Shown: positions 1-13,029 of the stretch, piece by piece
How the letters are laid out: every line of letters starts with the position of its first letter
Position numbering within the stretch: the first letter of the stretch is position 1
NCBI RefSeq assembly: GCF_001194135.2
Contig: NC_068997.1
Span: 55,677,040-55,731,192 of the forward strand
Direction of reading: 5' to 3'
DNA length: 54,153 bases
Source: Octopus bimaculoides
Lineage: Eukaryota
The notes under the pieces: generated by a model
What the model was told of the DNA's origin: nothing
What the model saw: only the letters and a program-made list of their open reading frames with translations
The model's database searches: none
Made by a program: the position numbers and the translations under genes

Positions 1-689
1 TATATATATATATATATATATGTATGTATATTATATATATGTGTGAGCTTTTGCACATGCAGGGTATATATACTTGGGTATATTTCTGAGTGAAAGATTT
101 AGATAGATAAACAGAGAGAGAGAGAGAGAAAGGGTGGTTTGTCATAGAATGTCTTCCTTTCAGCAAGGAGATTGCAAATTCAGTATCAAACATCACATTA
201 GTTTCTTCTGTTTCTTTCGACCTTCAGTCAAGATTAAGCTGCAACACTATGGTCACAGCCAAATGCTCCGTGTCATTCCTACTGTCACCATATATGTTGG
301 ATTGACCGGTGGTTTTGCTGGATTTTTCAGAGTGTGGGCCATCTAGGTTCCACATATCAACAAACCAGTGGAGACTGCCCTGCTTCCAATTTAATCTATT
401 GCAGGTGATTGATCTGGGATGCTAGAGATAACTGTATTTAGATAACTTCAAAAATCTCAGGGTAAATTTTGATCTTCTTTTACGAAACTTCAGGGAAACC
501 AGTGAATGGTTGAGGACAGCACCAGTCTCTGAACCAGCAAATCCAAGAAATAGAGAAATAAACTCAATGCTGTCCATGAGTAATAATGAAGATATAAAAG
601 CAAGAATGATAATTAATGAGGTAAAATAGTTGTAACGAATATTAACAATGTGATATGGTATAACGGTTCTGATATTTGGTTCATGATCA

Positions 690-910
690 TAAACCATGAA
701 TTCAGTTTCTGGAGGTGCCTTGTGTCCCTGAGCAAGATAGGTTATTTCACGTTGAACCAGTCCAATCAGCTGTCAAAAATGAGTTGGACCTGTCATTCAA
801 AATGGTCAGCCTTGTCACATTCTGTGTCAAACTGAATCTCCTTGAGAACCCACTTTGTGAAGGGTGTGCATGTTTGTGGATTGTTCAGCCACTTGCACGT
901 AAATTCCATT
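690..910 (+). mobile_element. Decayed tRNA-SINE-like repeat
   Basis: GTGTCCCTGAGCAAGA..TTCACGTTGAACCAGTCCAATCAGCTGTCAAAAATGAGT resembles the central domain of tRNA-derived SINEs; recognised by pattern only. Confidence 0.45.
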
Positions 911-969
911 AATTCTAGGCTGTTCTGTTGATTGGATCAAATGGAACATAACATTCTTCATTGTAACTA

Positions 970-1265
970 ATGGAGTGTCGTGATGGTGTATAATACAAGT
1001 TGACATTAATTAAGAAGATTGTGTAGGAAATGGAATCTAGCTTGATGTATCAGAAATACAATGTGGATCTGTCGAGGATAAAGGAAACCACTAATGCTGT
1101 GCAGGTGTTGAGGAACATCACCAAAACACCCATGGAAATGCAAAACAACCAATGCCTGACTCAGTGATTGCACAAAGTTATTTGATTCAATAAGCCATGA
1201 GGAGTTTGTTGAAATGTTAGAAGGTAGAAATTTTCATGGAAAAGACATACAAGGAACTGAGAACG
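970..1265 (+). mobile_element. RTE-clade LINE reverse transcriptase remnant, frameshifted and truncated by (TA)n and a gap
   Basis: Stitched translation SEIQCGSVEDKG/TTNAVQVLRNITKTPMEMQNNQCL/DCTKLFDSISHEEFVEMLEGRNFHGKDIQ matches the RTE RT region EEQCGF.EGKGTTNAI..LR.......Q..VYLCFIDY.KAFD.V.HE.L...L......GKDI. Confidence 0.75.
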
Positions 1266-1268
1266 TAC

Positions 1269-1319
<51 letters not shown>

Positions 1320-1839
1320 NNNNNNNNNNNNNNNNNNNNNNNNNNNNNNNNNNNNNNNNNNNNNNNNNNNNNNNNNNNNNNNNNNNNNNNNNNNNNNNNN
1401 NNNNNNNNNNNNNNNNNNNNNNNNNNNNNNNNNNNNNNNNNNNNNNNNNNNNNNNNNNNNNNNNNNNNNNNNNNNNNNNNNNNNNNNNNNNNNNNNNNNN
1501 NNNNNNNNNNNNNNNNNNNNNNNNNNNNNNNNNNNNNNNNNNNNNNNNNNNNNNNNNNNNNNNNNNNNNNNNNNNNNNNNNNNNNNNNNNNNNNNNNNNN
1601 NNNNNNNNNNNNNNNNNNNNNNNNNNNNNNNNNNNNNNNNNNNNNNNNNNNNNNNNNNNNNNNNNNNNNNNNNNNNNNNNNNNNNNNNNNNNNNNNNNNN
1701 NNNNNNNNNNNNNNNNNNNNNNNNNNNNNNNNNNNNNNNNNNNNNNNNNNNNNNNNNNNNNNNNNNNNNNNNNNNNNNNNNNNNNNNNNNNNNNNNNNNN
1801 NNNNNNNNNNNNNNNNNNNNNNNNNNNNNNNNNNNNNNN
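1320..1839. other. Assembly gap (N run)
   Basis: Ns following a (TA)n array. Other gaps lie at about 3098-3201, 10366-10427, 19376-19386, 19818-20279, 32949-33485, 42558-42567, 47267-47335 and 50672-50681, most abutting microsatellites. Confidence 1.
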
Positions 1840-1902
1840 TTACATATCTTATTTAGGAACAGTTTGATTCGGCTTCATGCAGCTTCAAACACTTTTAAAT
1901 GG

Positions 1903-1916
1903 TAATAATAATAACA

Positions 1917-1971
<55 letters not shown>

Positions 1972-2025
1972 TAATAACAATAATAATAATAATAATAATA
2001 ATGATGATGATGATGATGATGATGA
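1903..2025. repeat. Compound microsatellite (AAT)n(GAT)n, tail of the adjacent minus-strand SINE
   Basis: Directly visible trinucleotide arrays. Confidence 0.95.
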
Positions 2026-2049
2026 TTTCAAATTTTGGTTCAGCGCCAC

Positions 2050-2240
2050 CAATTCCGGAGAAGATACTAAGTCAATTACATTGTCCCCAGTATTTCACTG
2101 TTACTTATTTTATCAAGCCTGAAAAGAATGAAAGGCAAAGTTGACCCCAGCAGAATTTGAATTCAGAACATAAAGACAGATGAAATGCTGCTAAGCATTT
2201 TCCCTGGCATGCTAACAATTCTGCCAGTTGACCACCTTAA
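2050..2240 (-). mobile_element. SINE family A
   Basis: Reverse complement gives GGTGGTCAACTGGCAGAATTGTTAGCATGCCAGGG..CTGAATTCAAATTCTGCTGGGGTCAACTTTGCCTTTCATTC, homologous to 4848-5070. Confidence 0.8.
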
Positions 2241-2271
2241 TAGTAATAATAATAATGATAATAATATTTAT

Positions 2272-2308
<37 letters not shown>

Positions 2309-2334
2309 AATGTATACACACACATACACATATA

Positions 2335-2477
2335 CAGGCGTGGTGATGCAGTTCAGAAACTTGCCTCTCAACCAACTGATCTTCAATCCCACCCTGTGGC
2401 ACCATCTACTGCAATCTTGGGCTGACCAAAACTTTGCGAGTAGATTTGTAGACAGAAACTTGAAGAAGCCCTTGATG

Positions 2478-2480
<3 letters not shown>
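2335..2480 (+). mobile_element. SINE family B head, internally deleted
   Basis: ..GGGCTGACCAAAACTTTGCGAGTAGATTTGTAGACAGAAACTTGAAGAAGCCC followed by (TA)n. Confidence 0.7.
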
Positions 2481-2531
<51 letters not shown>

Positions 2532-2994
2532 GAGAGAAAGAGAGAGAGAGAGAGATGTTTGTGTGTAGGTGTGCATGTGTGTGTCTATATCTGTTTGTAC
2601 CCTTAATATTAATTCATTCGTTTTAATAGAAAGGAAACAAATAAATTACATATCAGCGAAGAATATCAAATTTCCACTTAGACAAGCACGAGATATTTTT
2701 TAAAGTTTACATCTAACATAGGGACACGATTATAAGATAACGAAGGTGTGCAGGTAAGACATATTGAAGATGGGAAAATTTAACGAATTAATCAATAGGG
2801 TATGGAGAAATCAAAGGATATTTTTGCTGAACTATGGAATTCTCACAGTTAACTGTAGTTGTTCTCCAATAATATAATGTGGAAGTTGGTATGTGTGTAG
2901 GCATATGTACATGTGTGTGTGTGTGCGCATATGAATATCTGTGTGTGTTAGACATGTGCAAATATGCACATATATTCATGAACTGAAGACTAAG

Positions 2995-3046
<52 letters not shown>

Positions 3047-3276
3047 TGTATATGTAGATGTGTGTGCGTGTGTATATATATATGAATATATATATGTNNN
3101 NNNNNNNNNNNNNNNNNNNNNNNNNNNNNNNNNNNNNNNNNNNNNNNNNNNNNNNNNNNNNNNNNNNNNNNNNNNNNNNNNNNNNNNNNNNNNNNNNNNN
3201 NTGTATATGTATATATATATACATATGTACATATATATATTTATATATATATATATGTATATATATATACATATGT

Positions 3277-3319
<43 letters not shown>

Positions 3320-3392
3320 GGTTTAGAAATCAACAGTTAATTTATTATGTATACACATACCCCTGCATGCACACACATATAGATATACATAG

Positions 3393-3432
<40 letters not shown>

Positions 3433-4847
3433 ATGTATATATGTATATATTTGAATAGAGATATATTTAAATATATATATATTCCCCATTTTGTTGCTCT
3501 ATAGATATTGATTGATAAAATAGAACTGTTTAAAGCTATCTCCATTTACAAATAATAACAATAACAGCAACAATAACAATATTAATAATAAAATATTTGA
3601 AAAATCAATACAGAATTTGATTTAATAATCTCAGATAACTGAAATTTTCTTGAATTTATTTCTTAAATTACCAAAACAAAAATAAATAAAGAAGGAAGGA
3701 AATGGAAGAAAGAAAGAAAGAAATGAAAGAGTGACAGAGAACACACATATATATAAAACCAATGAAACAAATAAACTGACAATGACTTCGCTTACATCGT
3801 TCCTTACATTACAAAAATAAAAAACATGAATAAGAATCTATGGAAAAAGATAAGACAGTATTATACTTTGAGTTGTCTCTGGAAGTGTTTGAGATCTGAT
3901 AGTAAAAACAGTGTTTATAAATGGTAGTGGCAGCACCAAAAATCAATGGTTATGGTAAAGACAGCACTTAAGAAGTGAAAACAAGGGGGAATAGAAACTA
4001 ACAAGTGCCTGGCCATTTATTTGGCGAAGGTTTCTGTTTCTTCCTGAGAGAGCAGCGGGCGTTTTAGTGTGAAGGTCTCCCACCAAAGATAATTTTCACA
4101 GCAGTTTTCAAAAGTTAGATAATTTCCAGAACTAATAAAGACTTGTAATTACAAATAATCATTGCAAATCACTTTGGGTAAAGTTTGAGAGAGAGAACTA
4201 ACAGATGAAATTGTATTTTGATGGTAATCAGTGGCACAAATTATAGAGCTTTTTAAATGAAAAGCTTTCAGGTTGTAAGACACGGAATTGAGGTAACAAT
4301 TATAGAAAATGATCTTTGAGGAAAAGTTTAGTTTTGTTTCCATAAGGTCTTGCTATTAAATGTCATTTGTCTCCTGGTGTGAGGCAATCATCTGCTTTAA
4401 CACTCTTCTTACTCTGTATTTTTGTTCTGTTTACTGATAATACCAAACATATCCAAATGGTATCATCTTTGGTATATTTATATGGAATTCTACATTCTAA
4501 AATGGAATGACTGAGTACCAATGAGATCATTCCATCAGCTATATAACAGCCATTCTTCCTTCAAATTTCCCCCCATTATCATGAAAACAAATTTTGGATA
4601 CTGTAGTCTTAGTTACGCATTGACCAGGGGCAAAAACAGGACTGTCCTGACTAGAACTTCAGACAAGGCTTTCCTGGGCTGACACTGTCAGCATCCACCA
4701 GTTCAAGCTGACAGAAAAGACACACTGAAGGGAGTTTAGTCATCATCATTGTTGTTTTTGCTGTTTCCACTGCCGCCACCACCACCACCATCATCATCAG
4801 TCTATTGTAAAACTAATCATTTCATAAAATAATATTTTTCACCTACC

Positions 4848-5070
4848 AAGGCAACGAACTCGCAGAAACGGTACCATGCCGGGTGTAATGCTTAGCGGTG
4901 TTTCGTCTGTCTTTATTTACATTGAGTTCAAATTCTGGCAAGGTTGACTTTTCCTTTCATCCTTTCAGAGTCAATAAGTTAAGTACCAGTTTCCTACTAG
5001 GGTCGATCTAATTGACTGTCCCCCTCCCTCAAATTTTCAGGCCCTGTGCCTAGAGTAGAAAATAATATTT
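4848..5070 (+). mobile_element. SINE family A
   Basis: AAGGCAACGAACTCGCAGAAACG head, B-box-like GAGTTCAAATTC, GTCAATAAGTTAAGTACCAG core, GGCCCTGTGCCTAGAGTAGAAA tail. Confidence 0.85.
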
Positions 5071-5558
5071 GGAGCAAAACACTATGCATGCATCAGTAAG
5101 TTATTATTCAGATTAGTTCAAGTAGGGGGAGACAACTCCAGACAGGTTGATGCTATATTATCACCTCATCAGTCAAACATACACCCCCCCCCCCACCGCC
5201 ACACTTGTTGAAATAATGATGGAAGAAGAATCACTGAAGTAGTAAAAACAGAATTGTTCAGGTACTCTAGGAGATGACCTGTCAAAACTGACAGGGAAGT
5301 AGAAGACTGCTTAAGTTAAATAAATGAATTCTTGAGAGGAAATATTCTACAATCATAAATAAGAATCTTTGTTGCAACAAAAATAATGTTCATCTTACAA
5401 CATCAGCAATTCATTTCTTGAAAGTTTCCTTTTAATTGTTAGAGATTTTTGCAAACATTTGTGAATAGTTTACAATATGAAGTTGGGATGGCTATATTGC
5501 ATCTTAAATGTGTGTGTGCATGTGCATGTGCATGTGAGTGTATGTGTGTGAGTATGTT

Positions 5559-5589
<31 letters not shown>

Positions 5590-5921
5590 GTGTGTTTATA
5601 GATATGATAAAGAGGTTAATGTTGGAGGCATATGGTTTGAGTTCAATCTTCCTAAAGAGTAACTTGGAAGTTGTCGGTTAAATTTAGTTGGCTGAATGTG
5701 AGGATGGCCATAATATATATTTATGTATACACCTACATATGTAGTTGTGTGTCTGTGTATATAATATCACTTATTTTCGCCAGTCCAGTGGCCTGTTACT
5801 CTGGACTGGCTTTTAAATAAAATACTATTCTCAATATTAGTATTGAATACTCTTCTGGATTGTTGCCCAAGAAAGTCTGTGTTTGTGTGTGCATACATGA
5901 ATGCATGTACAGGTATATATA

Positions 5922-6185
5922 TCATCATCATCATCATCACCATCGTTTAACGTCCGCTTTCCATGTTAGCATGGGTTGGACGATTTGACTGAGGACTGGT
6001 GCAACCGGATGGCTACACCAGGCTCCAATCTAATTTGGCAGAGTTTCTACAGCTGGATGCCCTTCCTAACGCCAACCACTCAGAGAGTGTAGTGGGTGCT
6101 TTTACGTGTCACCCGCACAAAAACGGCCACGCTCGAAATGGTGTCTTTTATGTGCCACCCACACAAGAGCCAGTCCAGGGGCACT
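5922..6185 (-). mobile_element. RTE-like 3' tail element (family C) ending in (GAT)n
   Basis: (CAT)n-CGTTTAACGTCCGCTTTCCATG..TTTCTACAGCTGGATGCCCTTCCTAACGCCAACCAC; homologous to 16565-16740, 32480-32710 and 52830-53100. Confidence 0.8.
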
Positions 6186-7992
6186 GTTATTTACAGTAAT
6201 AATAAGGTAGCTAGCAAGTTCACACCTTTACAGGCACAATGTAAGGTAAATCAAGATTCAATAGGGCTTATAATACCACTTGCTAAAATCAGAGCCAATG
6301 CTCCAAAAACCGCCATAAAATTTACAATAAAGATATACTCGAGCAATGCAACGATCATTTCAGAAATAGGCTTACCCTTGCTAAGGAAGGTACATGATGA
6401 TGCACATAACCTCAATCTGAGTGCACTGCATCTTATAGTAGAAACAGCTGTAAGCTAATGAATGTCAAGGCATAATATCCAGTTCCTTCGTTACTTAATT
6501 TCATATATATATTCACACACACATACACACATGCACACACATGTACACACATACACGTGCATATATATACATATACATGCTTACCTATTTATATGCAGAT
6601 AGTCAGATAAACACACATACACACATTAAGAAGTTCAAGATACAAATATATATATTGGGGTTGACCTTATTGGCTAAAATCTTTGCAATGTTCTTTTCCC
6701 AAGTAAACATGAAATATACAATTGATTATGTGTGAATGCAGTCTCTGGCAATAATCATGGCAAACTCATTAATTTATTTCTCTTTAAGCTTATTAAAGGT
6801 CGTTGTACATGTGTGGACATTTATTAGAGAAATCACTTGTAGTAATTTAGTAAATAGGAAATAGCACTGATGAGTCAAATCATTCTCAATTAGGTAATAA
6901 AAAAATAATTTTTTATTGCTTCTTGATTTTTTTTTTCATCAAAATATCTTTGGATACATATCTTTAAGATACAAATATAAGAACCCACTTTTGGTTTTAC
7001 TGAAATGACATTATTGATAGATATTGCTGTATCTAAAGTGACTGAATCGCATCATTTTGTTCACTCTCTCTTCCACCTTTACAAACTAACCAATCAAATC
7101 CAATCATATTTTTATTAAATTTGACAGACTAGTTACCGTCATCTTTGAGCAGTTTCTTCATATGGTTTCAGCTGCTTCTTTTCATGTAACTACGGCTATC
7201 AGTTTCTTCATAACATCTTAAGCATAGGATTTTATATTTTTGTGGTTTTTAATAAAATTCATTTTATCAGTTCTGGAATACTTCAAGGTTTGGTTATGTT
7301 TCTCATACTATTTTTTTATTTTCCCTTATATGTGAATGATGTACAAATTAACACTTTACACAACAAATTCTCCTAACCAGATATCAATCTTCACACTTCA
7401 CTAACCTTCTCCACAGAGACATCATCACCTTATGTTGTAAACCCACCCTGCCTTGCCGTTATAAAATGAAACCTTAAGAACAGCTTTCAAATGGTATGTG
7501 ATAACCTTGTCACTTAGAATGACATAAAGACAACATTCACTAGCAAATGTGAAGGACACAGTCGTGTTCTTGATCTGATCTGCTCTGCTCAAAAATCCTA
7601 CATATGCTAAGGCCCCATGGTTTCTGATGATCTCACAGCAACTTTACATAGATAACATTGCCAAAACTGCATCACAATGACTACACTTACTTTTCAACAA
7701 GGAGAGAAAATATTTTGAGTTTCAGTCAGTTTATACTCTCAAACAAACAAAAAAAAGCTCTGCTAACGTTCTGTTTAGATATGGCTTAGATGTGTTTGAC
7801 TGCACAAGTACCAGTAGATATGGCTTAGCTGCCTTGGATAATCAAACAATGCCACCCACCGCAGTGATTAAAAACCCACATGTCTCAATTCCTGGCTCTC
7901 TCTTCATCATGTACAACAACTCCATTGTTCTCTGCTCTTCTGAACTAGCTAGATATAGACACTAATCATCTAGTCTTACTCAACAGAAACCA

Positions 7993-7994
<2 letters not shown>

Positions 7995-8050
<56 letters not shown>

Positions 8051-8104
8051 TCTCCTTCTCTCCCTCTCTCTCTCTCTCCCTCTCTCTCTCTCCCTCTCTC
8101 TCTC
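7995..8104. repeat. (CT)n microsatellite
   Basis: Directly visible. Confidence 0.95.
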
Positions 8105-9119
8105 CAACATCTTCATTTCTTCTCTCAAATTTCCAAACATATACTGGAAAGGGAGCAAAATGGAATGATTGATATTTTGGTTACTTTGGACCATACTCAT
8201 AAAACAGTTTTGTCATTCTTTGAGGCAAAACTGGAGTCAAAAGAAAACCAAAAGACAAAGCAACAAGTGCTTTTCCCAGTTTCCCAGGAGTGTAGTTTGG
8301 ATTAATCCAAAGACCAGGTCTTCACAGATGTGACATATTTTTTTGTGAAGAAAGGTAAGATCTTTGTTGTAAAGAAACAATAACTCTATTCCATTAACCT
8401 TGCTTTCACAGCTAAACAAAGTATTTACCGAATTCCAATATAATTTTAATAGGAAGACATTAATAAATTTTCTAACAAGAATGGTTTTAGGATAACATAA
8501 TCTGAGTCTCAAAGATAATTTCAATTTAGACACCAAAACTATGAAGTAATTCTGAATATTTTTGTTGAGCTTTTGTTGGGACTGTTGTTGTTTTTTTATT
8601 TACTCGAAGGAATTACAAATCTGCAGTGGTAATAAAAATGAAATTGTTTTATTAGTGTGTTTTATCGATTAGTGATGTTAGCGTGATGTTTATATGTGAA
8701 AATCTAATAAAGTTATTAAAAGCAACATGCAAATCATGGTAGTGTGAATACATGTGCAAGATAATTTAATTGAATTCACACTCAGTATATATTAATAACT
8801 TCACATATTGCTTTGAAATGTAATAGGAGAAATATGTATGTTATTCATTCTGTTTATTTATTTTGCAATGTCTTCACATAGAGAAACTCAAACACATCAA
8901 ATATATTATTCAAATCATTTACAAACTACACACTTTAATTCAGTTTGCAAATAAGAAATTTTTCATAAAAATATGCACAACTTAAAAGAAAACCACAGAA
9001 ATATACAGTCTTGAATTCTGGATCGAACCATTGATAAATAGCTTCATTATCTTTCTAGAACAATCCTTTATGAATCAATGAATAGTTAAAATGTGTTAAT
9101 ATTAAATGTGTGTTGTTTA

Positions 9120-9325
9120 ATGCAGTGAAATGGCAGAAATGTGAGCGTGTGGGACAAAATGCTTAGCTACATTTCATCTGTCTTTACGTTCTGATCTCAT
9201 ATTCTGTAGATGTTGAATTAGACTTTCATTCTTTTAGGGTTGATAGAATAAGTACCAGTTATACACTGTGGTTGATGTAATTGACTTACCCACTCCCCCG
9301 AAATCGCTGCCCTTGAGCCACAATT
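9120..9325 (+). mobile_element. SINE family A (diverged)
   Basis: GAAATGGCAGAAATGTGAGC..CTTTACGTTCTGATCTCATATTC..GGGTTGATAGAATAAGTACCAG. Confidence 0.75.
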
Positions 9326-9699
9326 TAAAATCAGCATCAAATCTGCGTTGATTAGAATCTGACTTGTGACCAGGATTTACTAATCCGGTGTCAGTTTCAA
9401 ACAAAGACACAATTCTGATTCATAAATGTTTTGGTGTGTAAATATCTGAACAAAAAAAATCAAAGAAAGAACAAAGCTGTTTATAGCTAAATATGGAATC
9501 AGTGTATTAATTCATTCTTAGTAGCAGAAAATTATGAAAATTTTTCCAAAGAAACTAAGTTAGCTGAAGCAGGGCAATACCCACCAGTAAATCTTATTTT
9601 CTGAAACACTCACTCCTCATTATAAAATTGTTGTTTAGTTTTAAAATGTCTTTGTAATCATGTGATTCTAGATTTGGAATCACTGAATGGCATTTTGGA

Positions 9700-10300
9700 C
9701 AAGCGTATTCTTGATTTGGGTTGACCAATGTCTTGGGAGTGGAACCCGAATGATAAAAACTGTGCAAAACAAAGGAATTGGGAGTAAAGAATCATATGCT
9801 CATGAGGGAAGGGCAAGAAGAGAAAAAAAATCAAGGTAGAAGTAAGGAATGAAGTGTTTATAGAATTTAGTTGCAATGAGGGAATGGTTGATGTGGTGGA
9901 TGGAGACAGAGATATCCAGAGAAACTGATGATGACTTTAGAGATGAGAGAAAAGAATTCTAGGGATGGACGAAAGGAGATGAGTAAGTGAGAAGGGGTTG
10001 TTTGTGGGAGACGCAAAAGATATTTATTCAGTTGTCTCTGTAGCAACCATATAAAGTGGGGAAACAAATTGGGCCTTGACACAGCCATTGAAAGGGTTGG
10101 CACAGGTGAAGCCCATCCTCATTCTTATTGCTTTACTATTTATCTGTTGATACAGACATCGCATCCAAGAGGTTAGCAGTTCAAACACTGGAGCAGCCTT
10201 GCTGCACAGACTGGGAATAATGAGTTTGAGAGTGGTGTGATGCTTGAGAAAGTATGAGAAGAGCAAATGATTATGATGGAATGAGAGTATAGAGGAATCA
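9700..10300 (-). mobile_element. Penelope-like element (PLE) reverse transcriptase remnant
   Basis: Collinear minus-strand peptides YQQINSKAIRMRMGFTCANPFNGCVKAQF (PLE YQQINGVAMGTRMGP.YANLF.G.VE), ISFRPSLEF (SFHPSL.F) and MILYSQFLCF (IPYSQFLR), with frameshifts. Confidence 0.72.
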
Positions 10301-10427
10301 GATATCTATATATAAACACACCCACACATTGTATGCATGTGTGTATATATATATATATATATATANNNNNNNNNNNNNNNNNNNNNNNNNNNNNNNNNNN
10401 NNNNNNNNNNNNNNNNNNNNNNNNNNN

Positions 10428-10468
<41 letters not shown>

Positions 10469-10689
10469 GAAGTGAAATCTGTCCCATATATTCCAAATTT
10501 TTCAAGTGATATTTAACCTAAATATATCAATAATCATTATTTTGCAATAATCAATTCTCAGAACCAGCTTCCTGTATCTTCAGCATCGTTCTTTCCCTTC
10601 ATACAAACAAAAATGAAGCTAAATGCATGCAGCCATAACACTTCTGCTCTATTTATTCTTCTACGAATGAAAATGTTCTGATTTCATTC

Positions 10690-10900
10690 ACTTGGATGTT
10701 AGTTGTTGTTGTTGTTTGGCTCCAGGTTAATCCTGATTGAGCACAGACCTATGATCGAACACAATCCAAGCATGACCGCCCCCTCATTTAACATACGTTT
10801 TATGACATTTCTTAATGTGTCTCTTTCCTTGTTTAATATGGCAACAGGTGATTTGAGTGAGATTTGACTGCCGTGTCTAGCAGCTGAAGTAAATACATTG
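10690..10900 (-). mobile_element. Repeat family E copy
   Basis: (GTT)n-TGGCTCCAGGTTAATCCTGATTGAGCACAGACCTATGATC..GATTTGAGTGAGATTTGACTGCCGTGTCTAGCAG. Confidence 0.7.
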
Positions 10901-10920
10901 AGGATCTTTCATTAGCCTGC

Positions 10921-10976
10921 GTCGTCGTCATCGTAGTAGTAGTAGTAGTAGTAGTAGTAATAGTAGTAGTAGTAGT

Positions 10977-11020
<44 letters not shown>

Positions 11021-11031
11021 TAGTTGTTATT
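10921..11031. repeat. Compound trinucleotide array (GTC)(GTA)n(GCA)n(GTA)n(GTT)
   Basis: Directly visible; forms the tail of the next family E copy. Confidence 0.95.
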
Positions 11032-11215
11032 GTTTAACCTCATGTCAACTTTGTTTGAGCACATGTATGGTGAAAGATGTGCCATTGAGGAGCTTCTCAT
11101 CTTTTTGTCTATCAGAGACTATTTTCTTCAATGTATTTCTCCTTATTGAAGGAGATAAAATGATTTGAGGAATATTTTGTTGCTATTTTTAGCTAGTCAA
11201 TTAACCACATGGAGC
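11025..11215 (-). mobile_element. Repeat family E copy
   Basis: TTGTTTAACCTCATGTCAAC..GATTTGAGGAATATTTTGTTGCTATTTTTAGC, same orientation as 10690-10900. Confidence 0.6.
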
Positions 11216-11619
11216 AGAGATCAGCAATAATTCCTTTTAAAATAGTCCACTCCCGATCTTCCTTCACATCTGCCTATGGCCCACATGTATATTATATCAT
11301 ACCTGACATATATGATATAAATAAAAGGACCCTGTATATCTCCTTCCTATTTCCATTATTGGCAATGCTTCTAGGACCCCCATCAGTCAAGGTCAATCAG
11401 GATTCTATATATTCTCAGACCGAGACAAGTCTTTTTTTGAGAAAGAAAGTCGTCTCCTCTTTTCATTCCTTTAATTTTTTTTTCCAAGGGAATGTTTGTC
11501 AACTTGGACTGACATTCTTTAGCACCAATGTCATCAAAGAGATTGCTGTCAGAACAAAAAGAACCAAACTGATATCACAAACCAGCCAGTTCAGTTCAGA
11601 CAACCCACTGCCCTAAATT

Positions 11620-11780
11620 GGTAATTTTTTATTTACTCCAAGAAGATGAAAGGCCTCAAAATGATGGAATATTAAATCAACCTTAGTACCTCACTGCTAT
11701 TCATTTCATTGATCCTAGAGTGGAGAAAATCAAAGTTGATCATTCAAAGATTTGAACTCCGAATGCAAAGAGCTTTAACT
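11620..11780 (-). mobile_element. SINE family A (diverged fragment)
   Basis: TTTCATTGATCCTAGAGTGGAGAAAATCAAAGTTGATC..GATTTGAACTCCGAATGCAAAGA is the reverse complement of the family A core. Confidence 0.55.
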
Positions 11781-13029
11781 AAATACAGCTGACATTTTTC
11801 TCCAAGGTGCTAATGTTTCTGCCAAGCCATTGCCTTTTTCATAAAGACACCACAAAGCTTCAGATTGTTGTCAATTATTTCACTCAACTGGCACTTACTA
11901 AAGGTAAAGTCAATTTCAGAAGGATTTGGAATCAGAATGTAAAGGTATGCAACCAAATGCTGCAAGATATTTTAAACCATTACTCTGCAAATTCTGCTAA
12001 TCCAATGTTCCTAAAAGAGGACAAACCAATACAGACAATCTGTTAATGAGAAATATTGAAAGTACAAAGAAATCAGTTGAAATATTTCACAAAGACACTC
12101 GTTTTAAACTTATTCAATTATTGACACTTGATTTTAAACGTAAAAGTATGTTAGTCCAGTTTTGAAAGGAGAAAATGTTAACCCAGCTTTCAAAGGCAAA
12201 TTGAAAACAGCTTATTTTTCTTTTATAGTCAGAAGGAAATAACAAGACTCTTTTATAAATATCTCAGCAGTGAACACTGGTTTACTTGCTAAGATATTTT
12301 AAACTACAGAAGAAATATTTTGAACAGTGCAGTAAGGATTGGTGAGATTAAAACAGCCTGCAGCAGATAATATGCTACTGGCATTTCAAAACCATCTCTT
12401 TTGTTAAGAAAGTTTCTTGGATGCTTTTTGTTCAGGTATCTACTGGAGATCCTTGTCGATAGAACAGATATTGCCAGTCATGGAACAGATGAAGTACAAT
12501 TACTAACATTATCTTTTCTCATTGACTACAGACACTTTTAAATTTCATGTCTGTTTCATCTTGTACATTATTATAGCAGCTGAATGAGAACAGCTTTTTA
12601 TTTATTTATCATTTTCAAGGAAATGCAGTCTAAAGACAAAACACATTCAAATATTCTGTTACAATTTTAAGATATGTTAAAGAAAATTTCTCCTCAATCT
12701 TTTGGCCATATTTAAACTGACACAGCTTTTCTAGAACTCGTTAGAGGCAATTAAAATTTTTCCGAATATAATGAATGTCAAATGTACAAAAAAAAAAAGG
12801 AAATATGTCTTTGGGAGATGAGAGTACATTTTTCTGTGTCAAATTCTTCCAAATATACAAGAATTAGTTCAATTTATAAGATTACCATTCGAATCAAGGA
12901 ATAATACCTTTTTCTTTTGTTTGAATTAACTTCGTGTTTATTGTAATGTTTCTGTTTTGTATATCATATCCATAAATAAATTATTTTTAAGGAGGGAAGT
13001 GGATTGTGTCTTTCATGTGAATGGCTGAT

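Noticed and set aside
134-660. Moderately GC-rich segment, possibly a LINE endonuclease remnant
   Set aside because: I could not place consistent motifs in any frame, so it is left unassigned.
6250-6440. Hydrophobic minus-strand reading (MIVALLEYIFIVNFMAVFGALALILASGII)
   Set aside because: It is short, lacks convincing splice sites and matches no family I recognise.
7776-7828. Direct repeat TAGATATGGCTTAG x2 with a 25-bp spacer
   Set aside because: Only two 14-bp units in eukaryotic DNA; not a CRISPR array, and probably a local duplication or TSD.
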